Under the pieces are notes generated by a model. That model ran no database searches and was not told where the DNA came from. It saw only the letters and a list, made by a program, of their open reading frames with translations. From Eledone cirrhosa (Eukaryota): 64,000 nt of DNA. The stretch spans positions 292,268,001-292,332,000 of the forward strand of contig OZ024740.1 in the NCBI GenBank assembly GCA_964016885.1. Direction: 5' to 3'. Both the position numbers and the translations under genes were made by a program. The stretch's first letter is position 1. The number at the start of each line of letters is the position of its first letter. Below, piece after piece: positions 26,036-39,789 of the stretch.

Positions 26036-26831
26036 TGGATTTTTTAAATATCTGATTCTCTCCTATTATAAAATCCTGATTCATTTTAGCCAACAAATAT
26101 CCCACTGGTATCTCTGCTGGGAAAACAAAAACAATTTGGAAGACTCTGAAAGAAAAAAAAAACTGAAAACAAAAAATCAGAGCTATTTATTTGAAAGGTT
26201 GTCAGCACCCCCCTCACTTCCACATTGTGCAGTTGTTATTTTTATTATTGTCAACAAGTTTGTTTTCTAAACACCATTTGTCATTTCTGGTGATGCCACT
26301 TTGATAGTTGCCCACACCTTTTCCCCTCAATTTATTGACAATCTACCTTAACATTAGATGCAGTCCACAACACATACAACTTTCAAACTCCCATTTTATA
26401 TTGAACATTTTAACTAATTTGTTTTGTATTTGATGTGTGAGTGACAGTTATATAAATCTTACTGCATATTAATATTGCATACATAAATACATGTATGGAC
26501 TGATTGTCACTTATAAAATATATAAAAGAAAATATTCTGTTAAAACTGTTCATTGTTAAATTATTCAAGTTTAAATGTTGGACTCTGTATACCGTCAAAA
26601 TATTGCAGCATCACCTGGCATGATTTTGACTCGAGTTTAACAGAAGAGTTCCCTGATCCTTTGCCATTAACTACTTTGAACTTTTATTCCACCTGCTGGC
26701 CAGGTGTTTTCAGTAGCTTTCCTTGGGTGAAGACAGTCCATGTACTCGTCTGCTCTTCTGTTTAACAATGGATACATGCAAACACATTGTGGTTATGTTT
26801 CTGTGAGCAAACAATCTTGTTTCTGCATCGG

Positions 26832-26852
26832 AATAAAATAAATATAAATAAA
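26832..26852 (+). terminator. Candidate HSPBP1 polyadenylation signal cluster
   Basis: Overlapping AATAAA motifs ~1 kb after the stop. The AT-rich background weakens this call. Confidence 0.3.
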
Positions 26853-27899
26853 TTAAGCCTTATGTTGAATTATCAATAATTTTACGAACTATTTAATAAT
26901 TTCCCAGTCATGTTTGTCAATTTTGTATTTTTTTAATTCCAAAAAGGTGTTGACCACATAATGGACAGGTTTTCTTTTTCTAACCTGTTGTTTAATTGTT
27001 TAAAAATGTGTTTAAATTAATGTAAGTAATGAATTATTGCACATAGCTATGTAAATAAACATCACCATTGATCTGAAAATTGGTAATTCAATAGAATTTC
27101 TCTAATAACAAAAAGCATACAATTGTTTTTTTGTTTTTTTTGTTAGTATCTTCTAAATTTATGATGGCATTAAGCAATCAACACGTTTGTTTACAAGTGG
27201 TATAAAATATTCACTGTCATTAGAAATATATAGATTTTTCCCTATTTTTAAGGGGTAGTCTTTTCTCTGCACTTGAATCTTTTAACCAGCTATTGTACCT
27301 TACTTCAGATATGTGGTTGAGTATTTTATTGCTCTTAGGATATTGCTAATAATGAAACTGAACTAATTGATTTACTGGCTCTAAGATTATGAATGCAGTT
27401 TACATATTCACTAAACATCAGTATTGAATTGAAGGTAAAGAAGAACAAAACCAGACCAGACAAGAAAAATGAATAAATGCTTGTAGAGTCAATGTCTTGA
27501 ATTTCTATTTCTTTGAAAAACATTTTGAGGTTTTAACAAAATAACATTTAATTTTTGATCAACTTGCTGAAAAACGTGCTGAATTATTTTATATTTATAA
27601 ACATTGGCATCAAATAAATGTTCCTATATTTTCTTTATTTGAAACTTGTAATGATGATTAACAACAAGGAATTATTTAAAAAAATTTATAAGTAAAACTC
27701 CTACACTGTTAATTGTTGGATAATTACTGGAAAAAATTTAACAGCTCTTTCCTAATTTTTATTCATTAAACGTATAGCTGATTCAAAAATGTTTTGTTGT
27801 TTGAATAAATGGGAGTTTCATATCATATACAAAAAAGTAATATCCTAATATTTTTATATACTTGTCGATATAGTTACAGAAACTTCATGTGGTAATCAA

Positions 27900-29600
27900 G
27901 CAGCTACTTGTTTCTTTTGAGCTTAATATAATTCTTAAAGTGAAGAAGCCTGTTCATTTTGTAAAGAACAGATGTAGAGGAATTTCATCTGGTTTTCTGA
28001 TGTCATGGTTTTCTATATGGAATATCTTAATATTCTCAGGTCTGTCTGCCCACTGTTTGGACTTCTCAGTAACTGTGAACAATAAATTCTTATCTTTTGG
28101 ATTGTAACCCCCCAAGATTTCCCTCCTATTATAGAGAGTGGCCGCAAACATTTCTTACATAGTATGTCATGTTATTAAATACTCATTCTTCCATTACTTA
28201 TGATGATTCTGAAGTATTATTATAATTCTTAGACATATCTGATGAAACATTCTCTTCAATATTGTCAGAAGTCGCATTTTGTTCTGCTGCTGCAGTTTTA
28301 TGTTATCACATGCTTTAGTCAATATGAACAAATGGAGAAAATACTCTCACTGTGTCAAACCTTATTCACATGAGCTTGAAGTTTCAACAACAACAATGTT
28401 GCCATTGGCAGGTATAATACCATATATGCACATGGTTCATTTCACAAGTTGAAGTGAGATTTCTTTCAACTCTCTTCCTACTTATTCATGAACAGAGACT
28501 TCAGGTTGTTTCCTTGTAATTTCTCCCACTTAAAGAAAGAAATCTTTAATAGATTATGGTCTGTTTAACAGTTAGTATCTGTCAGACATTCTGCTTTGCT
28601 TCTAATTCTACCACCTGATCTTTTTTCATGACAAGCTTCAAAATATTGTCACACTTCTACATTTGAATATATTTCACCATGCTTATTCCTGTGCTATGAT
28701 TTGGAAAATTTATCGTAATAACACATTCTGACTACCAGCAAAATAGATTTCACTCCTGCCTCAATGTATTTCATGCTTGTCTATACAGTGGAGTTGTGAA
28801 GGCATATGGCTTAGAGGTTAGAGTGTTAGGCTTACAATCGTGAAGTTGGGAGTTTGATTCTTAGACTGGGTGGTGTGTTGTGTCCTTGGGCAAGATATTT
28901 TATTTCACATTGCTCCAGTCCACTCAGCTGCAGAAGTGAGTTGCAATGTCAGTGGTGCCAAGCTGTATGGGCCTTTGCCTTTCCCTTGGACAATATCGGT
29001 GGCATGGAGAGGGGATACTGGTATGCATGGGTGACTGCTGGTTTTCCACAAACAATTTTGCCAAGGCTTGTGACTTGAAGGGAAACTTTTTAGGTGCAAA
29101 TCCCATGGTCATTCGTGACTGCAGGGGTTCCTTACCTTTATACAGTGAAGTTACAATGTATGTAACTTCATCACATGCAGACTCCCAGTATTTGTGTCTC
29201 AGTTAAGCAGTTTTTTTTTAAATCTCTGCTATCAATTACAAATACATTCACCCTTGTTTTCTTACTACAGTAGGCAAACTGAACCTCTTCTGCATAACTA
29301 TATATATATATACTCAGATTTTTGTGCAAGGTCCACATGATATGGCATGGTTACTGTATAATACTTCAGTTTCCCTAGGTACCATCTTCTCTCTTGATCA
29401 GTAAGAAATTCTGTTCTTTTTTTCTTCGCTTTCTCTTCCTTTTTATTTCAGTCATCTAACACTCATATTATTTCACAATGATCTGGAATCTTGTCTATTT
29501 CTGAAAAAATTTCAGCATTCCATTCCTGGTTGACCAGAAGACTAAGCTTTTCTGTATTTTTGGTACCTTATTGGTATCTTTTTCTAGAAACAAATCATTG
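27900..29600 (-). mobile_element. Highly degraded DNA transposase remnant (Sola2-like), interrupted by a SINE
   Basis: Minus-strand remnants *QYFEACHEK..GG (compare YFEAGHGKGxxDGxGG) at ~28610-28655 and HVDLAQ (compare HxDFSEN) at ~29325-29340. Many stops; limits approximate. Confidence 0.4.
28795..29135 (+). mobile_element. tRNA-derived SINE
   Basis: A/B-box-like head; paralog of 24408-24700. Confidence 0.8.
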
Positions 29601-29988
29601 TGCACCAAAAATATAAAATCTTTTACCAATTTTAATCTTCTCTTTTTTTTTGCTATTTATTGATTTTGCCATTTATGTCTATTGAAATTTCTTTAATGCT
29701 TCTTATTCTTAAGTTATTTTCTAATGAGAAATTTCAATTTACATAGTGAGAAGGTATAACATTTTATTTTTCATTGCCTGTGCTGTATTTTTATTTCCCT
29801 CACTGGAAATTGAAAATGTTTAACTGTAAGTGAGATGAAATGAGCCAAGTTCTAGAGTTGTGTCAGTAATAGAGTTTACACAAGTCTTCAATGGAAATAG
29901 TTGATACAGTACTCTCTTTTATAATAAAATCTTTTCTCTTCAATTTTCTAACATATTTTATCATATTTCATTATTTAATCATCAATAA

Positions 29989-30180
29989 GGGTGGTGGATT
30001 GGCAGCATCAGTAGAGGGTCGGACGCCATGCTTTCCAGCATAGTTACGTCCCTTTACGATCTGAGTTCAAATCCCGCTGAGGTTGACTTTGCCTTTCATC
30101 CTTACGGGGTCGATAAAATAAAGTACCAGTAATGCACTGGGTAATTACTGGCCTTGTGCCAAAAGTAGAAACAATTATTT
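29989..30180 (+). mobile_element. SINE family B copy
   Basis: Near-identical to the copies at 48441 and 62213. Confidence 0.88.
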
Positions 30181-31479
30181 AATCATCATTTTTGATAGCA
30201 TCCTTCCCTTTGTATTCTCCTTTCTTTGTTTCTCTTTCATCTTTCTACATTAATTTTTTTTTTTTTAAATAGAAATTTTGTTTGATTTAAATATTGAAAA
30301 TAACTGAATTACATTACACACCAAAGACGTTTTTATTTAACAAAGTGTGGTACTTATGCCATGGCACCAACCAAACCTGTGAATTTATATTTTGATTTTC
30401 TCTCAACGTATCTTTTATTCTGAAGTTGTCCATATAATGTCTGGTACAGAAAGCAACACTATACCCAGCGGCTTACAGTAATACAAACATGTAATATCTA
30501 CTCATTAGATATAGTTGGAACCAACAGCATTATATACGTGGCCACCCCACCTGCTGGTGATTAGCAGCTGAATTATTCTTAAATAAGGAAAGATACATTA
30601 GATAATATGGTTTTAGATAGTATGATCATGGCTGGAATGTATAATCACAGGTCAGTTTGATTGGAGTTCATTTGAGATAAAACAACACCAACATGGTTAT
30701 GTTCTACCATGGAATGACTGAGCTATGTCTTACCACAAATAGGGAGGTGCTGTTTTATATTTCACAATCGAGAAGTCTCTTTTTCTCTCCAAACTTGGAG
30801 GCTTATCCTGGTTTCATCCATGTTAAATAACTCTCAGTACAAGATTCTTTCCCTGGAGAGGATGCTAGTCAATCACAGCTACTGCTGGTACTCATTTATA
30901 GATAAATATACTGGAGTATCATGAAATGTTTTGCTCAAGAACACAATACACCACCCAATCCAAGAATCAAACCCACAGCATTATGATTATGATTGTTAGC
31001 CCAACACCCTAACTACTAGGCCATGCACCTTCACTATATATATATATATATAATATTGAGTTTTTAACAAGTAATTTTTGTTTAATAGTCATATTTTCCT
31101 TCTGATTAAACAATATAAAAAAAACAAAACACAGGGTTATACGTTACATGCAGAAACATAGTTTATAGAATGTATGGCCACTGATAGTTATCTTTCTGAA
31201 CTTCTATATTTTCCTTTAAAATTTTTGACTTTGTACCCATATCAAATCATAGCTATAAGTGTATATTAGTTATTTAAATACATTCAGTATTCTTATGTCA
31301 ATTTGTGGCATATTTCTATGATAATATTGTGTTCATAAAACTGAATTGAATTACAAACATTATTATTGTAATGTACTGGGTAATTGCTGGCCCTGTGCCT
31401 AAAATAGAAACAATTATTATTATCGTAGTTAATACAAAGCATTGTGAGATATGTAGTAAAAGATGGATAATTTTTTTCA

Positions 31480-31783
31480 AAAAGCTGGTATAATGTAAAA
31501 AAAATACAAAGGGCAAATGAAATAAAACAAAGTAATGTTTTACCCAGTGTGTTTTAGCATGATATTTCAGGGCTATCACCCTCTTTTCAGATATGAAGCT
31601 GAAACATTCCAAAACAAAAGAAACAAGCAATCAAGAGTTTTTTTCCATAGACTATTTCAGCTTTGCATCTGAAAAGGGTAATAACCCTGAAATATGCTAA
31701 AATACACTGGGTAAAACATTTTTGTTTTGTTTCATTTGTCATTATCTGCCCTTTGTATTTTCTACCGCATTGTACCAGCTTTT
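31480..31783. repeat. Imperfect ~125-bp inverted repeat (foldback/MITE-like)
   Basis: Arms 31480-31604 and 31655-31783 (AAAGCTGGTA..GCTGAAA / TTTCAGC..TACCAGCTTT) with indels and a ~50-bp spacer. Confidence 0.85.
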
Positions 31784-32954
31784 ATTTAATTATTTATTTT
31801 TGTCAATTTTACATTTTTATTCAGGTTCAGTTGGCAATTATTTCTTGCATATGGCTCTGTACAATTCAGTTATTAAAACACTATTTATTTTGTAGAATGA
31901 AAATAAATACATTTAAACTCGTGGCATATTGTTTCTATTAGTGATATAGTATATTTTTGGTAGATATACTATATTGAGATGGCGTAAATGATATTGCTTG
32001 TGTTAAGATATATAGTATGTTTTTGATGGATATGCTATATTGAGATATTAGATATGTAAGGTTATAACTGGCATTGAGTTATTACCAAAGTTATTTTCTC
32101 AATTTTTTTATTAATTTATTCAGCTCCAATAAAACCCATTTTTAAAAGCTGTAAACATATAAAACGAAATGTAAGATTGTTAAGTTTGTTTTTTTTTGCA
32201 CATCGTAAGTTAGATATTCAGTCAAAAATTTTAGTTAACTCAATTTCGGTTCAATTTCTGACTGATTTAATAGCTGTTCATTTAATTGATTTGATGCTGA
32301 TATACACTAAAATAACCAGTAACTATATACTAAATAATTTTATTTTATTTACTCTTAAATTGGTTTATTTTAAATCCTTGTGTCAAAGCATCTTGTTTAT
32401 TATAATATTGCAAAACACTTAATGAGAACATTCTCCTCACCTTTTTTTTTTATTTTTTATTTTTATTAATTGTTTAATTCATTTAACATTAAATTGAAAA
32501 TTCAAAAATACTTCTATTATTTTGAGTGGGGGTTTCTTTGTTGTTTTTTTTCTCTGAAAAATATGGGTTTCTGCTTGATAAATATGAGGAATCCTATTGT
32601 GTTAGGATTAATAGAAACTACTCATTATTTGCCATGTTCAATATTCAAGCTATGTGCAATGAGTATTTTTTATCATTACTTTCATTATCTCTTCATTAAA
32701 CTCCTAATGTTCTGTACATCGTACGACCACATTAGCAACACATTCTTGAAAAATACAAAACAATACTATGTCTGCATCATATATGTCTTTACAATAGTGT
32801 ACTGTAAATTTTCATTATGATCTGTCCACTGGTAAAGATAATATAAACATTTGAATTAACAAACCTGTTTAGATATGTTCTGCTGTATCATTACAGGATG
32901 TAAAGTGTTAACGTCCTGTTTGGAATATCTAAAATACTGACCTTATTCTCAATA

Positions 32955-32963
32955 ATATATGTT

Positions 32964-32994
<31 letters not shown>

Positions 32995-33165
32995 GCATGT
33001 GTGTGTGTGTATGCATATGTGTGTGTATGTATATATGTGTGTGTATGTATATATATGCATGTATGTATATATATATGCATGTATGTATATATATATGCAT
33101 GTATGTGTGTGTATATATATATGTATGTGTATGTATGTATATATATATGTATGAGTATATATGTA
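32955..33165. repeat. (TA)/(TG)/(TATG) compound microsatellite
   Basis: Directly visible. Confidence 0.9.
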
Positions 33166-34236
33166 ATAGATACATTTCCTGCCCACATGTGTAACTGAAC
33201 TATTATAATTTTGTTAACTTTAAAATCAGAAGTAATTTCTAATTTGGATTTATTTTAATTGTTTTATTTTGTCTCTGAGTAACCGTTCTATCAGTCAGTA
33301 ATTACTATTTGTGATCTACCAATTATTTATATTGACACTACTGATTAATAATAGTTAATATCAACACTTGATTTCAGTGGATATGTAGAAAATATGGACA
33401 TATTTTTGGTATTGTTTGTAGAAATAACTCACTGTGTTTGCTGGTGAAATAAAAACATAATCATTATTGCTTTTGTAAAATTTGGAAAAATCTGTAATAT
33501 AATCATACTAAAGCAAATAAAAATATAAAAAGAAATTAGTATAATGTGAAAATTACAAATTCATTTCTAATTTTCCCCCTCCCAGTTCTATATAATTTCG
33601 TTAACCTGATACTCCTATTTCCCGTCCAATCAATCAATGTTCCTTCCTCATTTATGTGTACAATTTGGCTGTGAGTTTTAATCAACTGCTTGCTTATGTT
33701 ACTGCTGTTGCTTTGTGTGGGTATTAAAGAGGGTGTCTGACTCGGCTGTTATTGTTAGAAACAAAATGGACATAAAAATATAGTTATTTTTATTTTCTTT
33801 CTTTCCCAACCAAACTTTGTACAGAGAAAAATTATTCAATAATACAGCTAATTGTAAACTTTTCAACTGGAATACCCCCCATCCCCCCAAAAAAAAAAAC
33901 CCATGATATTTTCATTATTTTTTTCATCTCATTGTAAGTTCTCATCTGCATACGTATATTTTTACAATTATTATTGTCATTATTATTATTATTATTACTA
34001 GGGTAGTGGATTGACAGAATTCTTAGAGCATTGGAAAAAATGCCTTGCAGTATTTGTTCCTGTTCTTTATATTCCGAGTTCAAATCCCACCAAGGACAAC
34101 TTTGCCTTTCATCCTTCAGGGGTTGATGAAATAAAGTACCAGTCAAATGCTAGGAGAGAAGGCAGTCGATATAATTGATTGATCCCCTTCCCCACAAATT
34201 TCTGGCTTGTTAGAAATTGTTATTATTTTATATATG

Positions 34237-34303
<67 letters not shown>

Positions 34304-34680
34304 AGAGTCAGGACCTGACTCTTTTCATATTACCCATTAAGTATCGAGTACTCTGGTGCATTATGGTCCACCTGGTATCTTACCACACCTTCTTTGTTAT
34401 ATATATATATATATATATTATTTTTGCTTTCAATTCCAATGGACTCTTTCACCCTCTTTTTATCTGCCAAACTCTTCATTAAATAAATGTGAAAATGAGA
34501 GTAAGTCCTTAGTTGATTTATGAAATGGATTGATATTTCATAGACACCCTATAGATAATTTCATTATTGTCTCCTGTCTTTTGAAAAAACATCATTCTTT
34601 CATACAACACTATTCTGCTTTTTATTTTGAACTTCAAAATATATATATATATTTTTTTTTTTATCATTATTATTTTTAAA

Positions 34681-34900
34681 TTGGCAGTACTGGTAGGGTG
34701 TTGGACAACATGCTTTGCAGCATGTAGTTATGGCCCTTTATGTTCTGTGTTCAAATCATGCTGGGTTGAACTTTGCCTTTCATCCTTATGGGGGGGTCGA
34801 TAAAATAAAGTACCAGTCACGCACTGGCGTCGATTCAATCAATCAAACCCCCCCCAAAAAAAAATTTTTACTGGCCTTGTGCCTATAGTAGAAATCATTA
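34681..34900 (+). mobile_element. SINE family B copy (long variant)
   Basis: Same head and core, plus an extra GTCGATTCAATC..CCCCC segment also seen at 36021-36250. Confidence 0.8.
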
Positions 34901-34954
34901 TTTTTAACTGTAAGGTTTATCTTTATGTTGAGAACTATTTTTACTCTATCTTAA

Positions 34955-35179
34955 CCCTTTAATTATCAACCCAGCTAAAACCAGCTCTGATTCTATGAAA
35001 TAAAATCACCCATTTTAAAATCATCCAATTTAAATTAAAATCTTCCAACATAATTTTATATAAGAACTTTTCATTAAGTTACTATCTGGCTAATGAAATA
35101 ATTTTAGTAAATCTCTTAAAAGTTTTCATTAATTAATTAAAACTGGGTGTATTTCATTAGAAATGTCGTCTTGAAAGGG
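34955..35179. mobile_element. TTAA-flanked piggyBac-like MITE
   Basis: TTAA|CCCTTT ... AAAGGG|TTAA. Confidence 0.6.
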
Positions 35180-36020
35180 TTAATATTTATTTTCTTCAGT
35201 TATACTGTGATAAAAGTATTATAAAAGGATAAAAACAAAATTAAGAAATGAAAGACGAGGGGAAAGGCTAAATAAGCAAATTTGGTTATAAAGGAAAGCA
35301 TTATAAATGCCATAAATGAGAGGAAAGGTGGAGGTGACAAGATCTCTTTACAACAAGAATACTAGAATGCTTCTTATAGCCATTAAATTAGAGGACTATT
35401 ATAAGATAAACTGTGTGGAGTACTAATGTCAAAATTTAGTTCCAATAAATTTGAAATTTATTTTTTTTTAAATCATTTTAATTTTTTCCTTTTTTTTGTT
35501 TTTGGGGTTCAATAAATTGTCAGACACTTAAAAAAGATATCTTAATCAGTTTTTCATTATAAATTTTTTCTTTTACTTCTAATCATACAATATAATTGTA
35601 ATTATTATCATTCTGAGTTTAAATCCTGTCATACTTTCGAGGTAACTGAAAAATGCCAGTGAATTACTGAGTTGATATAATCGACTATACCCACCTCCAA
35701 AATCTGTGGCTTTGTGCCTAAGTTCAATCATTATTATTATCAGCATTAATTTCTCCTTTCTATATTTATAAATGTTTATTTTTATTTCCATTTGTAAATT
35801 AAAAGAAAAAAAAAAAGAACTATGAGAAAATAAACCAGTAATAGAAAGAACCATTTTCTAGTCTAACAAACTTAAAATATACCCTCAGATGGCTGGGACT
35901 ATTTAAAAACACTTCAATAGACATTTTAGTTTTTGTTTTTGTTTTGTTTCATTTTTTTTTTTTTACTCAGTATTTATGTTAAATGTTGTGGATATTTCAA
36001 AATTATTATAATTAGGTTAG

Positions 36021-36250
36021 AGGATTGGCAGTATCAGTAGAGCGTCAGACACCATGCTGTGCAGCATAAAGTTACGGCCCTTTGCGGTCTGAGTTGAAAT
36101 CCTGCCTAGGTTAGCTTTACCTTTCATCCTTACGGTGTCAATGAAATAAAGCACCAGTAATGCATTGGGGTCGATTTAATCGACTTTCCACTCCACCCCC
36201 CCAAAAAAAAATTGTTGGCCTTGTGCCTAAATCAGAAATCATTATTATTA
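36021..36250 (+). mobile_element. SINE family B copy (long variant)
   Basis: Matches 34681-34900 and has an (ATT)n tail. Confidence 0.8.
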
Positions 36251-38814
36251 TTTTGTTTTAATGATTCTAAACATTTAAACATAAATATGTTTAATATGCT
36301 ACATTATTGCATCTCATCAGATGTTTGCTGTTGGCTTCTACCCTAGCAACTACTCTAAATCATAACAGGATTTTGTTTTAAAACTTTGTTGGTATATTTT
36401 ATATCAGCAAAGAGCAAAACAACAATAACAAAAGTATGTAGGCTTGTATAATGTGTGTAAGGGAGGAGGAGTGGTAGAGAAAAGGCTTCATCATGAACTA
36501 AAATGAGAAATTGCATTACACTCAATTTAATAGAATTTCCTTTGTTTTACTTTTTTCAATTGAACATCATCCTCTCTCTATTTTATTTTCCATTCTTCCT
36601 TACTCAGGTTAACAGCATTTCTGATGAGAATTCTTTCAATAAACCTTATTTCTATTCTGTTTTTCCAAAGAAAAAGATGGTTCCTACTTTGTCATTTTTT
36701 TTTTTTAATGTTTTTTTGTTTTTTGTTTATATATACATATATTTCATTATTTGTATATAATTTGTTGTATATGTACTTCTTCAGACTCTGGTGAATAAAT
36801 AGATTTGTCCTGAGTTTTTTTTTTTTGTTTCTTTAATTCTTGCAATCCAGATTTGTAACCTTATTGATACTTGAATGCTGTCATATTCAAGGCAGTGCCC
36901 CAGCATGGCCATAGTTTAATTGACTGAAACCAGTAAAAGAATTAAAAAAAATATCAACAATCATAAAATCGATGATAGTGATTACTCGGTTCTATTTCAG
37001 AAGGTTCATTGTAATAGTAAAAACCAATTAATTGGCAGTTGTTATGATTTGGGATTAAAAATTCCTTGGTATTTGTTCCAGCTCACTGCACTCTGGGATC
37101 AAATCATGTCACAGTCAACTTTACCTTTGATGGTCAATAAATAAAGTACCAATCCAGTTGATTCATCCTTTGTCTCTGTTTATCACTGTCTTTCTCTGGA
37201 AGAAATTGGCTATGGTCGACCCTGGAGAGGAATTGCTCCTATGACTCCCTCAGGAGTTAAAGGCCCTTTACTATATATTTTTTTAAAGTTCTATTTATTT
37301 GGAAACATGTGAACCACAGGATTGATTAGCTTCATATCAACCCTTAGTGAACAGATCTTTATATATTGGAAGGTATCCCAGTGTATCTATGGTTGCATTG
37401 CCTAATATGTCCTTTGTATTTTATAGACAATATATAGGATGTGATTTGAGTGACATTTAGTGGCTATTTATAGCAGGTCAAGCAACTCTGTTCAGAGGCT
37501 TATTCATTGGCTTGACAGTGAAGGAGTTTCATGAGGGAAATAATCTGTCACCTAGTTTAAAACCACCATCTGGCCCTTAGGTGCGTTTAACATAGTCCAC
37601 TTTGTTGCAAACATTTACGCCAAGTTTCCAATTTAAAAATAACTTCCTCCTACCAATTATGAGTAGGATTGTGACTAATTATTCCAAGTTGAAATTAACA
37701 TGATCAGTAATTCCTAACATACTGTAATGATTTAGCAGAAAATATCTAAAAACAAGATTGTTAATTCAAATGTTTATATTTTTACTAGAAGACAGATAAT
37801 TATGAAAATCTTCAGTAACAAAAGTAAAGACTTAAATTTGTAATATGCAGTCGTAGTGATGTTTTGCTAATGCAGTTTCACATAGACTGTACAAGATGTT
37901 AAGAGTTGAGGAAAAGGCAAAGAAAGTAATAGATTTATTAAGGCTTTTTCATCATAGATTTTCTTAATCAGGGTTGATTTGAAGTTAAACAATATCGAGT
38001 AGTCATTTAATATGCCAAAAGTCACACCCTACTGTTTAGAAAAAGAAAGCAAACATGCTAAATATTTTATCTGGGATACACCATGCCTGAGAAAAAGTCA
38101 GAAGTGTTATAGTTGAGATGCTTTTGATTATAGGTCTGGTTTTTTTTTTTTCAGGGTAAATGGAAGGTGTAACTTGCTTCTGATATTTCAACTGTCAGGT
38201 CTCCTGTAGGCAAGCAATGTCAACATGGTTTTAATATAAATAACAATTCTTATATATTACATTTAAATAATATGATGAAAAATTTATGAAGATAAAAGTG
38301 AATATTAAAATATTGATTGAGATTTATTGTTGCTCATATGAGCCCCTTGTTATCTCTGAGACTAGGGTAATGTTCAATGCCAACCAAAGGACAGAACAGC
38401 TGGACATGAGAGCTGCAAAGAAAACAATAACTTACACAGCTCTACCATTACATGGGAAATCACTGCCAAACACCATCCTTTGTTTCTTACTCTGACAAAC
38501 ATATAAAACATACAGAAGTAATTACAACAGCTTCATTACTTCAAACACTGTGCTGCGATGTACACCTGTTGAGCTTTTTGGCCACCACCAGAACCTATTG
38601 GCATATAAAAATAGATTAGACAGGGAAAAGAATATATATTCTAATCCTTCTCTGTATGTTGGATTGTGCAGTATGGTCCTCAGCTAATGGAAGTAATGTT
38701 TATTTGTATAATATGTTTGGAGTGTCAATGAGTTTGGTTAACCATCTGTATGCCATGGGTCTCCATAATCAAAGCCAACTGGCATTAAACAGCAATCAAA
38801 TAAATTCTCTTTAA

Positions 38815-39011
38815 CCCTTCAATGTTCAAACCGGCCAGAATTCTCTACCTTTTTCTGTTGAAACTGGCTGTAACTGGTCACTCAAACTGATGTTAAGGTA
38901 TTGTTCTCAAAATAAATACTTTCAAAATCTCATAGATTCAATATTATGCGAGATAAAGCCTTCACCATGAAAATATAATAGTATATATAGAGTAATGTGA
39001 ATGGTAAAGGA
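38815..39011. mobile_element. piggyBac-like MITE, uninterrupted paralog of 25015-25661
   Basis: TTAA|CCCTT...GGTAAAGGA|TTAA. The interior aligns with both flanks of the Helitron at 25133. Confidence 0.8.
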
Positions 39012-39452
39012 TTAAAATGTTTAATTTCCTTTTCATTTCTTCAATTAACTTCTTTTTTTCAGATTGAATTGTTTTCATATTGCCAAAAACTTTTCATAGT
39101 TAATATATCTTTGAAAATATTATCACCAATAGAATGTTTTCTAATAAACTTTATTTAAGCTAGTAACCATATATAAACTCATAAAAATATACATGTCAAG
39201 CCTTTTCTACAACTAAGGGTTGTTTGAGCAATTGGTTGACTTTTGTTGAAAATAACTATTCAGCTGTGTTTTTATGTTCAAAAGTGTTGAGTTATTGAAT
39301 ATAATTCCACAATTATAGTCAACAAGATTTCATTATATCATCATCGTTTAATGTCTATTTTCCATGCTAGCATGGGTTAGACGGGTTTGTCCCATTAGAG
39401 GCATGTTGGGTCGGGTGACCGTGACTTGCTCATATTGGACTGTTTCTGGGTA

Positions 39453-39772
39453 TATATATCAGGAATTAACACAAACTTATGGAAATGTCACTTTATTAAG
39501 AAATAAGGTTTTTATGTGACACAAAGCTTTCAAATAGAGTAGAGAAAATGTTAGAGATAAACCTCATTTTGGAAGGCCAATCGCATCAACAAATGAACAA
39601 AATGTAGAAGTGGTAATGGCAAAAGATCATTGATTAAGTGTTAGGGTGATTGCAGAAGAAATGGGCTTGGATAAAAATGCAGTTCACAGAATTTTAACAG
39701 ACCATTTGCTCATGTGAAAATTTTGTGCAAAATTAGTACCCAAACATTTGTCTGTGGAGCAAAAAGTGAAAT
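39453..39772 (+). mobile_element. Mariner transposase N-terminal (HTH) remnant
   Basis: YQELTQTYGNVTL..KAFK*SRENVRDKPHFGRP..LSVRVIAEEMGLDKNAVHRILTDHL..AKLVPKHLSVEQK, with stops. Confidence 0.8.
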
Positions 39773-39789
39773 TCTGTTTGTATGGCACA

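Noticed and set aside
32891-33198. YI/HT/CV-rich ORFs here and at 4479-5746, 25711-26270, 41000-41654, 56871-57179 and 58152-58623
   Set aside because: They are translations of dinucleotide microsatellites.
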